From an uncultured bacterium (GTDB taxonomy: Bacteria; Krumholzibacteriota; Krumholzibacteriia; Krumholzibacteriales; Krumholzibacteriaceae): a DNA stretch of 64,000 nucleotides. Below, in pieces: positions 11,350 through 21,028 of this stretch. Each line of letters opens with the position of its first letter. Positions within the stretch are counted from its first letter, which is position 1. The stretch is taken from NCBI GenBank assembly GCA_963813815.1, contig CAWFAD010000007.1, positions 96,001 through 160,000 on the forward strand, in the 5' to 3' direction. The notes under the pieces were generated by a model that did not search any database, had not been told where the DNA came from, and saw only the letters and a list, made by a program, of their open reading frames with translations. Made by a program: the position numbers and the translations under genes.

Positions 11350-12462
11350 ATGGAACTATTGAAAACGCCGCTCTACGAAGCACATGTCGCCGCCGGCGGC
11401 AAGATCGTTCCCTTCGCCGGATTTCATCTGCCGGTCCAGTTCGAGGGGATCGTCGCCGAGCACGCGCGCGTCCGCTCCGCGGTCGGACTCTTCGACGTGA
11501 GCCACATGGGCGAGATCACGCTCGATGGGCCCCGCGCGGCCGCATTCGCCGACGAGGTCGTCTCGAACAGCGTCGCGAAGCTCAGCGACGGCCAGATCTG
11601 CTATACGGTGGCCTGCAACGAGCGGGGGACGGTGCTCGACGATCTCCTCGTTTACCGCTACTCGGCGGAGCGCGTCCTCCTCGTCGTCAACGCCGTCAAC
11701 GTGGACAAGATATTCCGCCATCTCGTCTCCCTCTCGCCCCGGCTCGTCGACATCCGGAACCGCACGGCGGAGATCGGGCAGATCGCCGTGCAGGGGCCCC
11801 GCTCGAGCGAGCTCATGCTGCGCACGGGATTCTTCGCGGCGGCGCGCCGCCGGATCGCGGAGCTCCCGTACTACTGGTTCTTCCCGTTCGAGATCGGCGG
11901 CGAGGAGATCGTCGTGTCGCGGACGGGATACACGGGCGAGCACGGCTACGAGATCTATCTGCCCGCCCGGCTCGCGCCGGCGGTGTGGAGCGAGCTCCTC
12001 GAGGCGGGCGACGATCTCGGCGTCGGACCGATCGGCCTCGGCGCCCGCGATACGCTCCGCTTCGAGCCGTGCTTCTGTCTCTACGGGCACGAGCTCGACG
12101 AGGAAACGAGCCCGCTGGAGGCCGGCCTTTCGTGGCTCGTCAAGCTCGGCAAGGAAAAATTCATCGGCCGGGAGGCGCTGCTCCGCGAAAAAGAGCGGGG
12201 TCCCGCGCGCAAGCTCGTCGGCCTCGAGCTTTTCGGGCGCCAGATCGCCCGGCAGGGCTTCCCCGTGCTCCAGAACGGAAAGGCGGTCGGAAAGGTGACC
12301 TCGGGCACCTTCGCGCCGACCCTGCAACGCAGCCTCGCGCTCGCGCTCGTCCGGAGCGACAGCGAGGAAGGGGCGGGGCCGTACACGGTGGACGTGCGGG
12401 GCAAGGCGGCCGAGGCGAAGATCGTGCCGGCGCCGTTCTATCCGAGCCGCGCGGCGAAGTGA
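11350..12462 (+). CDS. gcvT: Glycine cleavage system aminomethyltransferase T
   Basis: KTPLYEAH, GLFDVSHMGE, SRTGYTGEHGYE, GLGARDTLRFE, LYGHEL. Confidence 0.96.
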   Translation: MELLKTPLYEAHVAAGGKIVPFAGFHLPVQFEGIVAEHARVRSAVGLFDVSHMGEITLDGPRAAAFADEVVSNSVAKLSDGQICYTVACNERGTVLDDLLVYRYSAERVLLVVNAVNVDKIFRHLVSLSPRLVDIRNRTAEIGQIAVQGPRSSELMLRTGFFAAARRRIAELPYYWFFPFEIGGEEIVVSRTGYTGEHGYEIYLPARLAPAVWSELLEAGDDLGVGPIGLGARDTLRFEPCFCLYGHELDEETSPLEAGLSWLVKLGKEKFIGREALLREKERGPARKLVGLELFGRQIARQGFPVLQNGKAVGKVTSGTFAPTLQRSLALALVRSDSEEGAGPYTVDVRGKAAEAKIVPAPFYPSRAAK

Positions 12463-12564
12463 CCCGCGGCCCGTCCCGCGCGGCCCCCGTCCGTCCGGGG
12501 GCTCGGGAGAAAGCAAAAACATCGATCGACGGTTCATGAACGTCAGCAGGAAGGAAGGTGGCAG

Positions 12565-12984
12565 ATGAACCCGGAGGAATGCAAATTCACGAAGGAGCAC
12601 GAGTGGGTCTACATCGAGGACGGTGACACCGCGATCATCGGCATCAGCGACTACGCCGCGGGCGAGCTCGGCGACATCGTCTACATCGAGCTGCCGGTCG
12701 TCGGGCACAAGGTCACCCAGATGGATCCGATCGGCTCGATCGAGGCGGTAAAGACGGTGGCCGATCTCTACTCTCCGGTGAGCGGCGAGGTGATCGAGGT
12801 GAACGAGAAGGCCGTCGCGAAGCCCGAGATCGTGAACAAGAGCCCGTACGAGGACGGATGGTTCATCAAGATCCGCATGGACGATCCGGGAGACCTCGAA
12901 GTGCTCTTCAACTACGACGAGTATCGAGATTTCCTCGGCGACGAGGGAGCGACAAAAGAGGAAGACGATTCAGAGGACAGGTAA
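12565..12984 (+). CDS. gcvH: Glycine cleavage system H protein
   Basis: FTKEHEWV, GISDYAAGELGDIVYIELP, lipoyl-lysine motif IEAVKTVAD. Confidence 0.97.
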   Translation: MNPEECKFTKEHEWVYIEDGDTAIIGISDYAAGELGDIVYIELPVVGHKVTQMDPIGSIEAVKTVADLYSPVSGEVIEVNEKAVAKPEIVNKSPYEDGWFIKIRMDDPGDLEVLFNYDEYRDFLGDEGATKEEDDSEDR

Positions 12985-14340
12985 ATGAGCTACATTCAAA
13001 ACACCGACGCCGACCGCGCGGAGATGCTGGGAGCCATCGGGGTGCGGTCATTCGACGAGCTCCTCGAGCCGATTCCGGAGGCGCTGCGCCTCGCTCGCAC
13101 GCTCGATCTCGACGCGCCGCTCGCCGAGCCCGCGCTCGCGGCCCATCTCGCCGGGCTCGCCGCGAAGAACCTCCCCGCGTCCTCTCTCGCGAGCTTTCTC
13201 GGGGGAGGCATCTACGACCGGCACATCCCGGCCCTCGTGCGGTACGTCGCGTCGAGAAGCGAGTTCTACACCTCGTACACGCCATATCAGGCCGAGGTGA
13301 GCCAGGGCACGCTTCAGGCGATCTACGAATACCAGAGCCTCGTCTGCCGCATCACCGGCATGGACGTCGCGAACGCCTCGATGTACGACGGCGCGACCGC
13401 GCTCGCCGAGGCGATGCTCATGGCCGCCGGCATCAAGAACGCGGCGCGCATCCTCGTTCCGCGCGCCCTCTCGCCGCGCTACCGGGCGGTGCTCGCCTCC
13501 TACGCGGCGGCCCGGCGCGTGGCGATCGTCGAGATTCCCTGCACCGGCGAGGGTCTTCTCGACGCCGAGCGCCTCGAGGCGGAGCTCGCCGAGAAAACGG
13601 CGGCGATCGTCATCGCGCAGCCGAACTATTTCGGCGTCGTCGAGAACGCCCGCGAGCTCGTGGCGCTCGCTCACGCGAAGGGAGCGGCGGTCATCGCCTG
13701 CGTCGATCCCGTCTCGTGCGCCCTCATCGCGCCTCCCGGGGAGTACGACGCCGACATCTGCGTCGGCGAGGGGCAATCGCTCGGTCTTCCGCAGAGCTAC
13801 GGCGGGCCGCTTCTCGGGTTCATGGCGACGAAGGAGGAGTTCGTCCGGAAGATGCCGGGGCGCCTCATCAGCGGAACGGTCGATATCGAGGGGAAGCGGG
13901 GCTACGTCATGACGCTGCAGACCCGCGAGCAGCACATCCGGCGCGAGAAGGCGACCTCGAACATCTGTACGAACGAGGCGCTCTGCGCCCTCTCGGCGGC
14001 CGTGTATCTCGTCTCGATCGGGGAGCGGGGGTTCCGCGAGGTCGCCGAGCAGAGCTACGCGAAGAGCCACGCGCTCGCCCGCATGCTGGCGGGGGCGCGG
14101 GGCGCGCGGATCGTTTTCGGCGGCCCGTTCTTCCAGGAGTTCGTTCTCGAGCTGCCGATGCCGGCGAGGGAGTTCGCGGCGAAGGCCGCCTCGAAAGGCA
14201 TTCTTCCGGGGATCGCGCTCGGCGCGGATTTTCCCGAGCTCGGAGAGAGGGCGATGCTCGTGGCCGTCACCGAGAAACGCACGAGGAGCGAGCTCGAACG
14301 CTACCGGGATCTGCTGGCGGGAAAGGAGGCGGGGAGATGA
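12985..14340 (+). CDS. gcvPA: Glycine dehydrogenase subunit 1
   Basis: EFYTSYTPYQAEVSQGTLQ, NASMYDGATA, TREQHIRREKATSNICTN. Confidence 0.96.
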   Translation: MSYIQNTDADRAEMLGAIGVRSFDELLEPIPEALRLARTLDLDAPLAEPALAAHLAGLAAKNLPASSLASFLGGGIYDRHIPALVRYVASRSEFYTSYTPYQAEVSQGTLQAIYEYQSLVCRITGMDVANASMYDGATALAEAMLMAAGIKNAARILVPRALSPRYRAVLASYAAARRVAIVEIPCTGEGLLDAERLEAELAEKTAAIVIAQPNYFGVVENARELVALAHAKGAAVIACVDPVSCALIAPPGEYDADICVGEGQSLGLPQSYGGPLLGFMATKEEFVRKMPGRLISGTVDIEGKRGYVMTLQTREQHIRREKATSNICTNEALCALSAAVYLVSIGERGFREVAEQSYAKSHALARMLAGARGARIVFGGPFFQEFVLELPMPAREFAAKAASKGILPGIALGADFPELGERAMLVAVTEKRTRSELERYRDLLAGKEAGR

Positions 14341-15776
14341 GCGCGACCATTTTCGAAAAATCGAAACCGGGGCGCCGCGGCTTCCGCATTCCCGAGAGCG
14401 ATTGCCCCGCCGAACGAATCGATCTCCCGAACCCGCGCCGGGTCCCTCCGGGGCTTCCCGAAGTGGGGGAGCAGGACGCGGTCCGGCACTACATGGAGCT
14501 CGCCGCCAAGAACTACCACGTCGACAAGGGGATCTATCCCCTCGGCAGCTGCACGATGAAGTACAACCCCCTCGTGAACGAGGAGGCGGCCCGGCTCGAG
14601 GGATTCGCGGGGCTCCACCCGGCCCAGGACGACGGGGAGGCGCAAGGCGCGCTCGAGCTCATGTTCCGCCTCGAGCGGTCGCTCCGCGAGATCACGGGGA
14701 TGGCCGCCTTCACGCTGCAGCCCGCCGCCGGAGCGCACGGGGAGCTCACCGGCATCATGCTGGCCCGCGCGTATTTCCTCGACCGGGGAGAGAAGCGCGC
14801 GACCGTTCTCATCCCCGACTCCGCGCACGGGACGAATCCGGCGAGCGTGGCCATCTGCGGTTTCAAGCCGAAGACCGTGCCGTCGAACGAGCGCGGGCTC
14901 ATCGATCCGGCGACGCTCGAGAAGGAGATCACGGGCGAGACGGCCGTGCTCATGCTGACGCTGCCGAACACGCTCGGCCTCTTCGAACGCGACATCATGG
15001 AGGTCGTCCGCATCGTGCACGCGAAGGGAGCGCTCGTCTACATGGACGGGGCGAACCTCAACGCGCTCATGGGGATCGTGCGCCCGGGGGACATCGGCGT
15101 CGACGTCATGCACGTCAATCTGCACAAGACCTTCTCGACCCCGCACGGCGGCGGCGGCCCCGGGTCGGGCCCCGTCGGAGTCGCGGAGCGGCTCGTTCCG
15201 TACCTTCCCGGGCCGCGCGTGACGGAAGCGGCGGGGGGGTATCGCCTGAGCGCCGGCGGTCCGAAATCGATCGGCCGCGTGCATCCGTACAACGGCAACT
15301 TCAACGTGTTCGTCAAGGCCTACGCCTATATCCGCGCGATCGGCGGCGAGGGCGTGCGCGAGGTCTCCCGCAACGCGATCATCAACGCCAACTATCTCCT
15401 CGCCCGTCTTCGCGCGCACTACGACCTCAAGTATCCGGGCCCGTGCATGCACGAGTTCGTCCTCTCCGCGCGGAACCTCAAGCGCTACGACGTGCGCGCG
15501 ACGGACGTCGTGAAACGGCTCCTCGATTACGGTCTGCACGCGCCGACCGTGTATTTTCCGCTCATCGTCGAGGAGGCGCTCATGATCGAGCCCGTGGAGA
15601 CCGAGAGCAAGGAAACGCTCGACCGCCTCGCCGACGCGCTCGCCGCGATCGCCGGGGAGGCCGAGAAATGTCCGGAGAAGCTGCACGAGGCGCCGGTCAC
15701 CACGCCGGTGCGCCGGCTCGACGAGGCGAACGCGGCCCGGTGCCCGGACCTCTGCTGCCCCGGGGACCCGGATTGA
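14337..15776 (+). CDS. gcvPB: Glycine dehydrogenase subunit 2
   Basis: ATGA overlap with gcvPA. YPLGSCTMKYNP, SAHGTNPAS, PLP-lysine motif NLHKTFSTPHGGGGPG. Confidence 0.96.
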   Translation: MSATIFEKSKPGRRGFRIPESDCPAERIDLPNPRRVPPGLPEVGEQDAVRHYMELAAKNYHVDKGIYPLGSCTMKYNPLVNEEAARLEGFAGLHPAQDDGEAQGALELMFRLERSLREITGMAAFTLQPAAGAHGELTGIMLARAYFLDRGEKRATVLIPDSAHGTNPASVAICGFKPKTVPSNERGLIDPATLEKEITGETAVLMLTLPNTLGLFERDIMEVVRIVHAKGALVYMDGANLNALMGIVRPGDIGVDVMHVNLHKTFSTPHGGGGPGSGPVGVAERLVPYLPGPRVTEAAGGYRLSAGGPKSIGRVHPYNGNFNVFVKAYAYIRAIGGEGVREVSRNAIINANYLLARLRAHYDLKYPGPCMHEFVLSARNLKRYDVRATDVVKRLLDYGLHAPTVYFPLIVEEALMIEPVETESKETLDRLADALAAIAGEAEKCPEKLHEAPVTTPVRRLDEANAARCPDLCCPGDPD

Positions 15777-15777
15777 G

Positions 15778-16584
15778 ATGGATCGCTGGTTTCTGCTCGT
15801 GAGCCCCGCCGCGCCGGGGGCCGAGAACATGGCCCTCGACGAGGCGCTCCTCGAACGCGCCGAGAGCGGCTCGGCGCCGGCGCTGCGCATCTATTCGTTC
15901 GATCCGCCGGCGATAACGATCGGCGCCCACCAGGATCCCGCCCGCGCGCTCGATCTCGAAGCCGTCCGCGCCGACGGGATCGACGTCGTGCGCCGCGTGA
16001 CGGGAGGGAGGGCGCTGCTGCACGCGGGGGAGCTCACCTACTGCGTCGCGGCGGGCCTGCGCGAGGGACGGTTCGGCCGGGGGACGGCGGAGAGCTATCT
16101 AAGGATTTCGGAGGCGCTCGCGCTCGCGCTTCGCTCCCTCGGGGTCGACGCCTCGGTTTCCCGCGGCGGGCGGGAGGCGGGAGCGTTCGGCGCCGCGAAG
16201 CCCTGTCTGTCCTCGGTGACGAGATGGGAGCTCTCGGTCCGCGGCAGAAAGATCGCGGGAAGCTCCCAGCGCACGACGGCCTCCGCGTTCATCCAGCACG
16301 GTTCGATACTGCTCGCCCCCGGCAGCGAGCGCATCGAGCGGTACGTCCCCGGATCGCGGGGGGCGCTCGGGGACCGCATCACGAACGTGCGCGACGAGCT
16401 CGGCCGCGACGTCGGCGCAGCCGAGCTGCGGGAGGCCGTCGCCGGGGCCTTCCGGACCAGTTTCGGCGTCGACTGGGAACCGCTCGCGCTCGGGCCGCCC
16501 GAACGCGAGACGGTCGAGGCGAGGGCGAGGGCGAAGCGGGCGGAGCTCGACTTCGTTCTCCGCGGGGAGGTCGTTTCGCCATGA
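15778..16584 (+). CDS. Lipoate--protein ligase / octanoyltransferase (LplA/LipM family)
   Basis: NMALDEALL, VVRRVTGGRALLH, RKIAGSSQ, QHGSI; adjacent to the gcv genes. Confidence 0.9.
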   Translation: MDRWFLLVSPAAPGAENMALDEALLERAESGSAPALRIYSFDPPAITIGAHQDPARALDLEAVRADGIDVVRRVTGGRALLHAGELTYCVAAGLREGRFGRGTAESYLRISEALALALRSLGVDASVSRGGREAGAFGAAKPCLSSVTRWELSVRGRKIAGSSQRTTASAFIQHGSILLAPGSERIERYVPGSRGALGDRITNVRDELGRDVGAAELREAVAGAFRTSFGVDWEPLALGPPERETVEARARAKRAELDFVLRGEVVSP

Positions 16585-17564
16585 GCGGTTTCTTCCTCCG
16601 GCGGCTCGCGCAATCGATCGTGCTCCTCCTCATCGTGCTCACCATCACCTTCGCGCTCCTCCATCTCGCTCCCGGCGACCCGCTCGCCCGCTACTACCAT
16701 CCCGACATCAGCCCCGAGGCGGCCGAGCGGATGCGGCGCGCGCTCGGCCTCGACCGGCCGCTCCTCGAGCAGTACCTGCGCTGGATGGGAAGCTTTCTCC
16801 GCGGGGATTTCGGGGTGAGTCTGCGGTACCTGCGCCCCGTGCGAGAGCTCCTCGCCGAGGCGATCCCGAATACGCTCATTCTCACCGGGACGGCGCTCGC
16901 GCTGCACGTGGCCGCCGGCGTCCTGCTCGGCATGCTGTCTGCGGCCAAGCGCCGCACCGCGCTCGACCGCGCCAACACGATCGCCGCCGTCTTCGTCTAT
17001 TCGATACCGTCGTTCTGGCTGGCCCTCATGCTGATACTCCTCCTCTCGCTCAAGCTCGGGGTGCTCCCCTCATCGCACATGGAGTCGCTCGGGGCGACGG
17101 GTCTCTCGGGGGCGGCGCTCGCGGCCGACCGCCTGCGCCACCTCGTGCTCCCCGCGATCGTGCTCGGCCTCGCGTCGGCGGCGAGCACCGCCCGGTATCT
17201 GCGCGGAAGCATGATGGACGTACTGCGCGAGGATTACATACGGACGGCGCGCGCGAAAGGGCTTCCCGAGTCGCGCGTCCTCTGGAAGCACGCGTTCCGG
17301 AACGCCGCCGCGCCGCTCGTGACGATCACGGGTCTCAGCCTGCCGTTCCTCTTCGGCGGCGCCGTCGTCACGGAGACGATCTTCTCGTGGCCGGGGATGG
17401 GGAGGCTCGCCGTCGACGCGATCCACGCGCGAGACTACCCGGTGGTTCTCGCCGTGAATTTCGTTGTGGCGGCGATGGTTATCGCCGGAAACCTGCTCGC
17501 CGATACCGCGTACGGGCTGCTCGATCCCCGGATCACGTATACCCGGGGCGGGGAAAGGCGGTGA
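16581..17564 (+). CDS. Peptide/nickel ABC transporter permease (OppB/DppB family)
   Basis: APGDP, GLDRPLLEQY, DYIRTARAKGL, ETIFSWPGMG, LDPRI. Confidence 0.92.
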   Translation: MSGFFLRRLAQSIVLLLIVLTITFALLHLAPGDPLARYYHPDISPEAAERMRRALGLDRPLLEQYLRWMGSFLRGDFGVSLRYLRPVRELLAEAIPNTLILTGTALALHVAAGVLLGMLSAAKRRTALDRANTIAAVFVYSIPSFWLALMLILLLSLKLGVLPSSHMESLGATGLSGAALAADRLRHLVLPAIVLGLASAASTARYLRGSMMDVLREDYIRTARAKGLPESRVLWKHAFRNAAAPLVTITGLSLPFLFGGAVVTETIFSWPGMGRLAVDAIHARDYPVVLAVNFVVAAMVIAGNLLADTAYGLLDPRITYTRGGERR

Positions 17565-17586
17565 GCTCCGCGCGGCGGAGCGCGTC

Positions 17587-18474
17587 ATGACGGACATGAT
17601 CGGAGATCGCATCGCCGGCAAGGCCTCGGCCGGTCTCTGGTCTCAGGGCTGGACGCGCTTCAGGCGGAGCCGCTACGGCATGACCGGCGCGGCGATCGTC
17701 CTCGCGCTCTATCTGGCGGCTATCATCGCGCCGGTCCTTACGCCCTACGATCCCGTCGAGCAGGGGGACGTGCCGCGGATGAGGTTCGTCGCTCCCTGCA
17801 AGGAGCACCCGCTCGGCACCGACAAGTTCGGGCGCGACGTGTTTTCGAGGATCGTTTACGGCTCCCGCATATCGCTCACGATCGGGTTTCTCGCCGTCCT
17901 GATCTCGGTCGTGCTCGGCGCTCTCGTCGGCGCCGCGGCCGGATACTTCGGGGGCGCGATCGACGCCGTTCTCATGCGGATCGTCGACGCGCTCCTCGCC
18001 ATTCCGCGGCTCTTTCTCATGCTCACGTGCGTGGCGCTCTTCTCGGGCTCGACGGCGCTCATCGTCGTGCTGCTCGGCGCCACGGGATGGATGGCCGTCG
18101 CGCGGCTCGTGAGAGGACAGGTGCTCGCGATCCGCTCGCTCGATTACGTGAAGGCGGCCGAGGCGCTCGGGGCGCGGGGAGGGGCGATCATCTGGCGGCA
18201 CCTCCTGCCGAACACGCTCACGGTGATCATCGTGGCGGCGACGCTGCGCATCGGAGGAGTCATCCTGACGGAGGCGTCCCTCAGCTTCCTCGGGCTCGGC
18301 GTGAGCGCGCCGACGCCGAGCTGGGGGAACATGGTGTTCGAGGGGCGCGAGGTCCTGCTCGAAGCATGGTGGCTTTCCACCTTTCCGGGACTCGCGATTG
18401 CTGTTACAGTAATCGGGTTCAACATGTTCGGGGACGCGCTCAAGGAGGCGTTCGACCCGCGGCAGTCCGAGTGA
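17587..18474 (+). CDS. Peptide ABC transporter permease (OppC/DppC family)
   Basis: [36 protein letters not shown]. Start codon uncertain. Confidence 0.92.
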   Translation: MTDMIGDRIAGKASAGLWSQGWTRFRRSRYGMTGAAIVLALYLAAIIAPVLTPYDPVEQGDVPRMRFVAPCKEHPLGTDKFGRDVFSRIVYGSRISLTIGFLAVLISVVLGALVGAAAGYFGGAIDAVLMRIVDALLAIPRLFLMLTCVALFSGSTALIVVLLGATGWMAVARLVRGQVLAIRSLDYVKAAEALGARGGAIIWRHLLPNTLTVIIVAATLRIGGVILTEASLSFLGLGVSAPTPSWGNMVFEGREVLLEAWWLSTFPGLAIAVTVIGFNMFGDALKEAFDPRQSE

Positions 18475-18512
18475 CGGCCTCGCGGGGCGCCCGCGCGCCG
18501 AACGGAGAGATC

Positions 18513-19517
18513 ATGGAGACGCTTCTCGCCGTGGAAAATCTCGTGACCGTCCTCGATACCGAGCGCGGCGAGGCCCGGGCTGTCGACGGGGTGAGCTTCC
18601 GGATCGCCCCCGCCGAGACCCTCGGCCTCGTCGGCGAGTCGGGCTGCGGCAAGACGATGACGGCGCTCTCGATCATGCGGCTTCTGCCCGAGCCGATCGG
18701 GAGGATCGCCTCGGGCTCGATCCTCTTCGAGGGGCGCGACCTCGTCCGCCTCCCCGACAAGGAGATGCGGGCGGTGCGCGGCAACAAGATATCGATCGTG
18801 TTTCAGGAGCCGCTCACGAGTCTCAATCCCGTCTTTACGTGCGGCGAGCAGGTGCGCGAGGCGATCGCGCTCCACCGCCGCCTCGGCCGCGCGGCCTCGA
18901 AGGAGCGCGCGATCGAGATGCTCCGCCTCGTGCGGATCCCGGAGCCCGAGAAGCGCTATCACGCCTACCCGCATCAGATGAGCGGCGGCATGCGCCAGCG
19001 CGTCATGATCGCGATGGCGCTCTCCTGCGAGCCGTCCCTCGTCATCGCGGACGAGCCGACGAGCGCGCTCGACGTCTCCGTGCAGGGACAGATCATCGAG
19101 CTCCTCCGCGAGCTTCAGGGACGGCTCCGCATGGCGGTGCTCCTCATCACACACGATCTCGCGGTCGTCGCCGAGATGGTGGATCGCGTCATCGTGATGT
19201 ACGCGGGGGCCGTCGTCGAGGAGGCGCCGGTGGGCGAGCTTTTCGCGCGCCCCTCCCATCCGTACACGGAGGGGCTCATCGGATCGCTCGCGAGAGTCGA
19301 CCGCCGCGGCGGACGCCTCGCGGCGATTCCGGGGAACGTCCCCGACCCGCTGCGTCTTCCGCGGGGCTGCCGCTTCGGCGACCGCTGCGCTCGGCGCTTC
19401 GAGCGCTGCTCGGCGGCGGAGCCCCCGCTCTTCGCCGTGGCGGATGGGCATCGAGCGCGCTGCTGGCTGCGGGAGGGCGCGGGAGGGGGTGAGAGCAGTG
19501 CCGTCCGAGGCGCGTGA
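18513..19517 (+). CDS. Peptide ABC transporter ATP-binding protein (OppD/DppD)
   Basis: [29 protein letters not shown]-terminal Cys cluster. Confidence 0.93.
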   Translation: METLLAVENLVTVLDTERGEARAVDGVSFRIAPAETLGLVGESGCGKTMTALSIMRLLPEPIGRIASGSILFEGRDLVRLPDKEMRAVRGNKISIVFQEPLTSLNPVFTCGEQVREAIALHRRLGRAASKERAIEMLRLVRIPEPEKRYHAYPHQMSGGMRQRVMIAMALSCEPSLVIADEPTSALDVSVQGQIIELLRELQGRLRMAVLLITHDLAVVAEMVDRVIVMYAGAVVEEAPVGELFARPSHPYTEGLIGSLARVDRRGGRLAAIPGNVPDPLRLPRGCRFGDRCARRFERCSAAEPPLFAVADGHRARCWLREGAGGGESSAVRGA

Positions 19518-20493
19518 CGGCGCCGTCGCTCTCGCGGCGCTCGGCATACGAAAGCATTACCGTGGCTCGGGGGGATCGTTCCTGAGGTCGGGGCCCCTCG
19601 TGAGGGCCGTGGACGGGGTCGATCTCGTCCTGCCGCGCGGCTCGACCGTGGGACTCGTGGGGGAGTCGGGCTGCGGCAAGAGCACGCTCGCCCGGGTCCT
19701 CATCCGCCTCGAGGAGCCGACGGAGGGATCGATCCGGCTCGGGGCGGACGATTTTCTCGCTCTGCGCGGCGGCGATCTCCGCAGGGCCCGCCGGCGCATC
19801 CAGATGATCTTCCAGGATCCCTACTCCTCGCTCAACCCGCGGCTCACCGTCGGGAGCACGATCGGGGAGGGCATCCGCATACACCGGCTCGCCCGCGGGA
19901 GGGCGGCGAGGGATCGCGTGGCCGCGCTCCTCGAAAAGGTCGGGCTCGGGAGCGAGGCGGCCTCGAAGTATCCGCACGAGTTCTCGGGAGGGCAGCGCCA
20001 GCGCGTGGGGATCGCTCGGGCGCTCGCCGTCGAACCCGAGATCATCGTCGCCGATGAACCGGTGTCCGCGCTCGACGTGTCGATACGCGCCCAGATCATC
20101 AACCTGCTCAAGGACCTCCAGGCGGATTTCGGCCTCACCTACCTCTTCATCGCGCACGACCTCGGGATCGTCGAGCACGTGAGCGACTCGGTCGCCGTGA
20201 TGTACTGCGGAAAGATCGTCGAGCTCTCGCCGTCGGAGGCGCTCTTCCGGGAGCCGCTGCATCCGTACACGGCGGGGCTCATCGCATCCGCCCCCGTGGC
20301 GGACCCGGCCGGCCGCTCCGCCCGCGCCGCCATCCCGGGAGACGTGCCGAGCCCCGCGAACGTGCCTCCCGGTTGCGCGTTCCATCCGCGTTGTCCGCGC
20401 GTCATGGACCGGTGCCGCGTCGAGCCGCCGGCGCTCGCCTCGCGCGGGGAGGGCCGGAGCGTTCGATGCTGGCTGTACCCCGTCTCCGCGTGA
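19498..20493 (+). CDS. Peptide ABC transporter ATP-binding protein (OppF/DppF)
   Basis: GESGCGKST, YPHEFSGGQRQR, DEPVSALD, GCAFHPRCP. GTG start at 19498 or 19489. Confidence 0.93.
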   Translation: MPSEARDGAVALAALGIRKHYRGSGGSFLRSGPLVRAVDGVDLVLPRGSTVGLVGESGCGKSTLARVLIRLEEPTEGSIRLGADDFLALRGGDLRRARRRIQMIFQDPYSSLNPRLTVGSTIGEGIRIHRLARGRAARDRVAALLEKVGLGSEAASKYPHEFSGGQRQRVGIARALAVEPEIIVADEPVSALDVSIRAQIINLLKDLQADFGLTYLFIAHDLGIVEHVSDSVAVMYCGKIVELSPSEALFREPLHPYTAGLIASAPVADPAGRSARAAIPGDVPSPANVPPGCAFHPRCPRVMDRCRVEPPALASRGEGRSVRCWLYPVSA

Positions 20494-20502
20494 CGGCGCG
20501 GG

Positions 20503-20525
20503 GGGAGGGGCGGCTCTCCCTTTTT
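20503..20525 (+). terminator. Intrinsic terminator
   Basis: GGGAGGG-gcgg-CTCTCCC followed by TTTTT, just after the oppF-like stop. Confidence 0.6.
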
Positions 20526-20528
20526 CTG

Positions 20529-20558
20529 TTGTCAGACGCCTTTGCGAACCGTTATAGT
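20529..20558 (+). promoter_or_regulatory. Putative sigma70 promoter of the V-ATPase operon
   Basis: TTGTCA-N18-TATAGT. Confidence 0.5.
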
Positions 20559-20663
20559 ACGGTGTTTTCATTGCCCATCCGCGCATGGGAACGCTTCGCC
20601 ATAGCACGTGATCGCGCATAGTCGAAACGGCATACGAGCACATTTTTCTCGAGGAGTTCGTCG

Positions 20664-20981
20664 ATGATTGAGCAGCATCTCGATCGCATCCGGGCGGCGG
20701 AGGAGCGCGCGCGGGAGGCCGTCGCTGGCGCCGAGGTCCGCGCGGCGGAGATCCTCGATCGCGCGCGGCGGGAGGGGGAGGTGCGCATCGACGAGGCGCG
20801 GGCCGAGGCGGTCGAGCGGGAGCGCTCGATCCTCGCCGCGGCGCGGCGCTCCGCGGGCGAGAGCATCTCGACGCTGCGCGCGGAGAACGCGAAGCGGCTC
20901 GCGGCGCTCGCCGTCCTCGCGCGCAAGAACGAGGAGCGCGCCGTCGAGATGATCGTGAAGGAATTCGGTCCGGGCGCCTGA
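20664..20981 (+). CDS. V/A-type ATP synthase peripheral stalk subunit G (H)
   Basis: 105-aa Ala/Glu/Arg coiled coil (IRAAEERA); first gene of the operon; GAGGAG RBS. Confidence 0.8.
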   Translation: MIEQHLDRIRAAEERAREAVAGAEVRAAEILDRARREGEVRIDEARAEAVERERSILAAARRSAGESISTLRAENAKRLAALAVLARKNEERAVEMIVKEFGPGA

Positions 20982-21028
20982 GGTCCGGGCCCACCCGGCG
21001 GCCTCGCGCCGCCGGAGCGGGGGATCCC

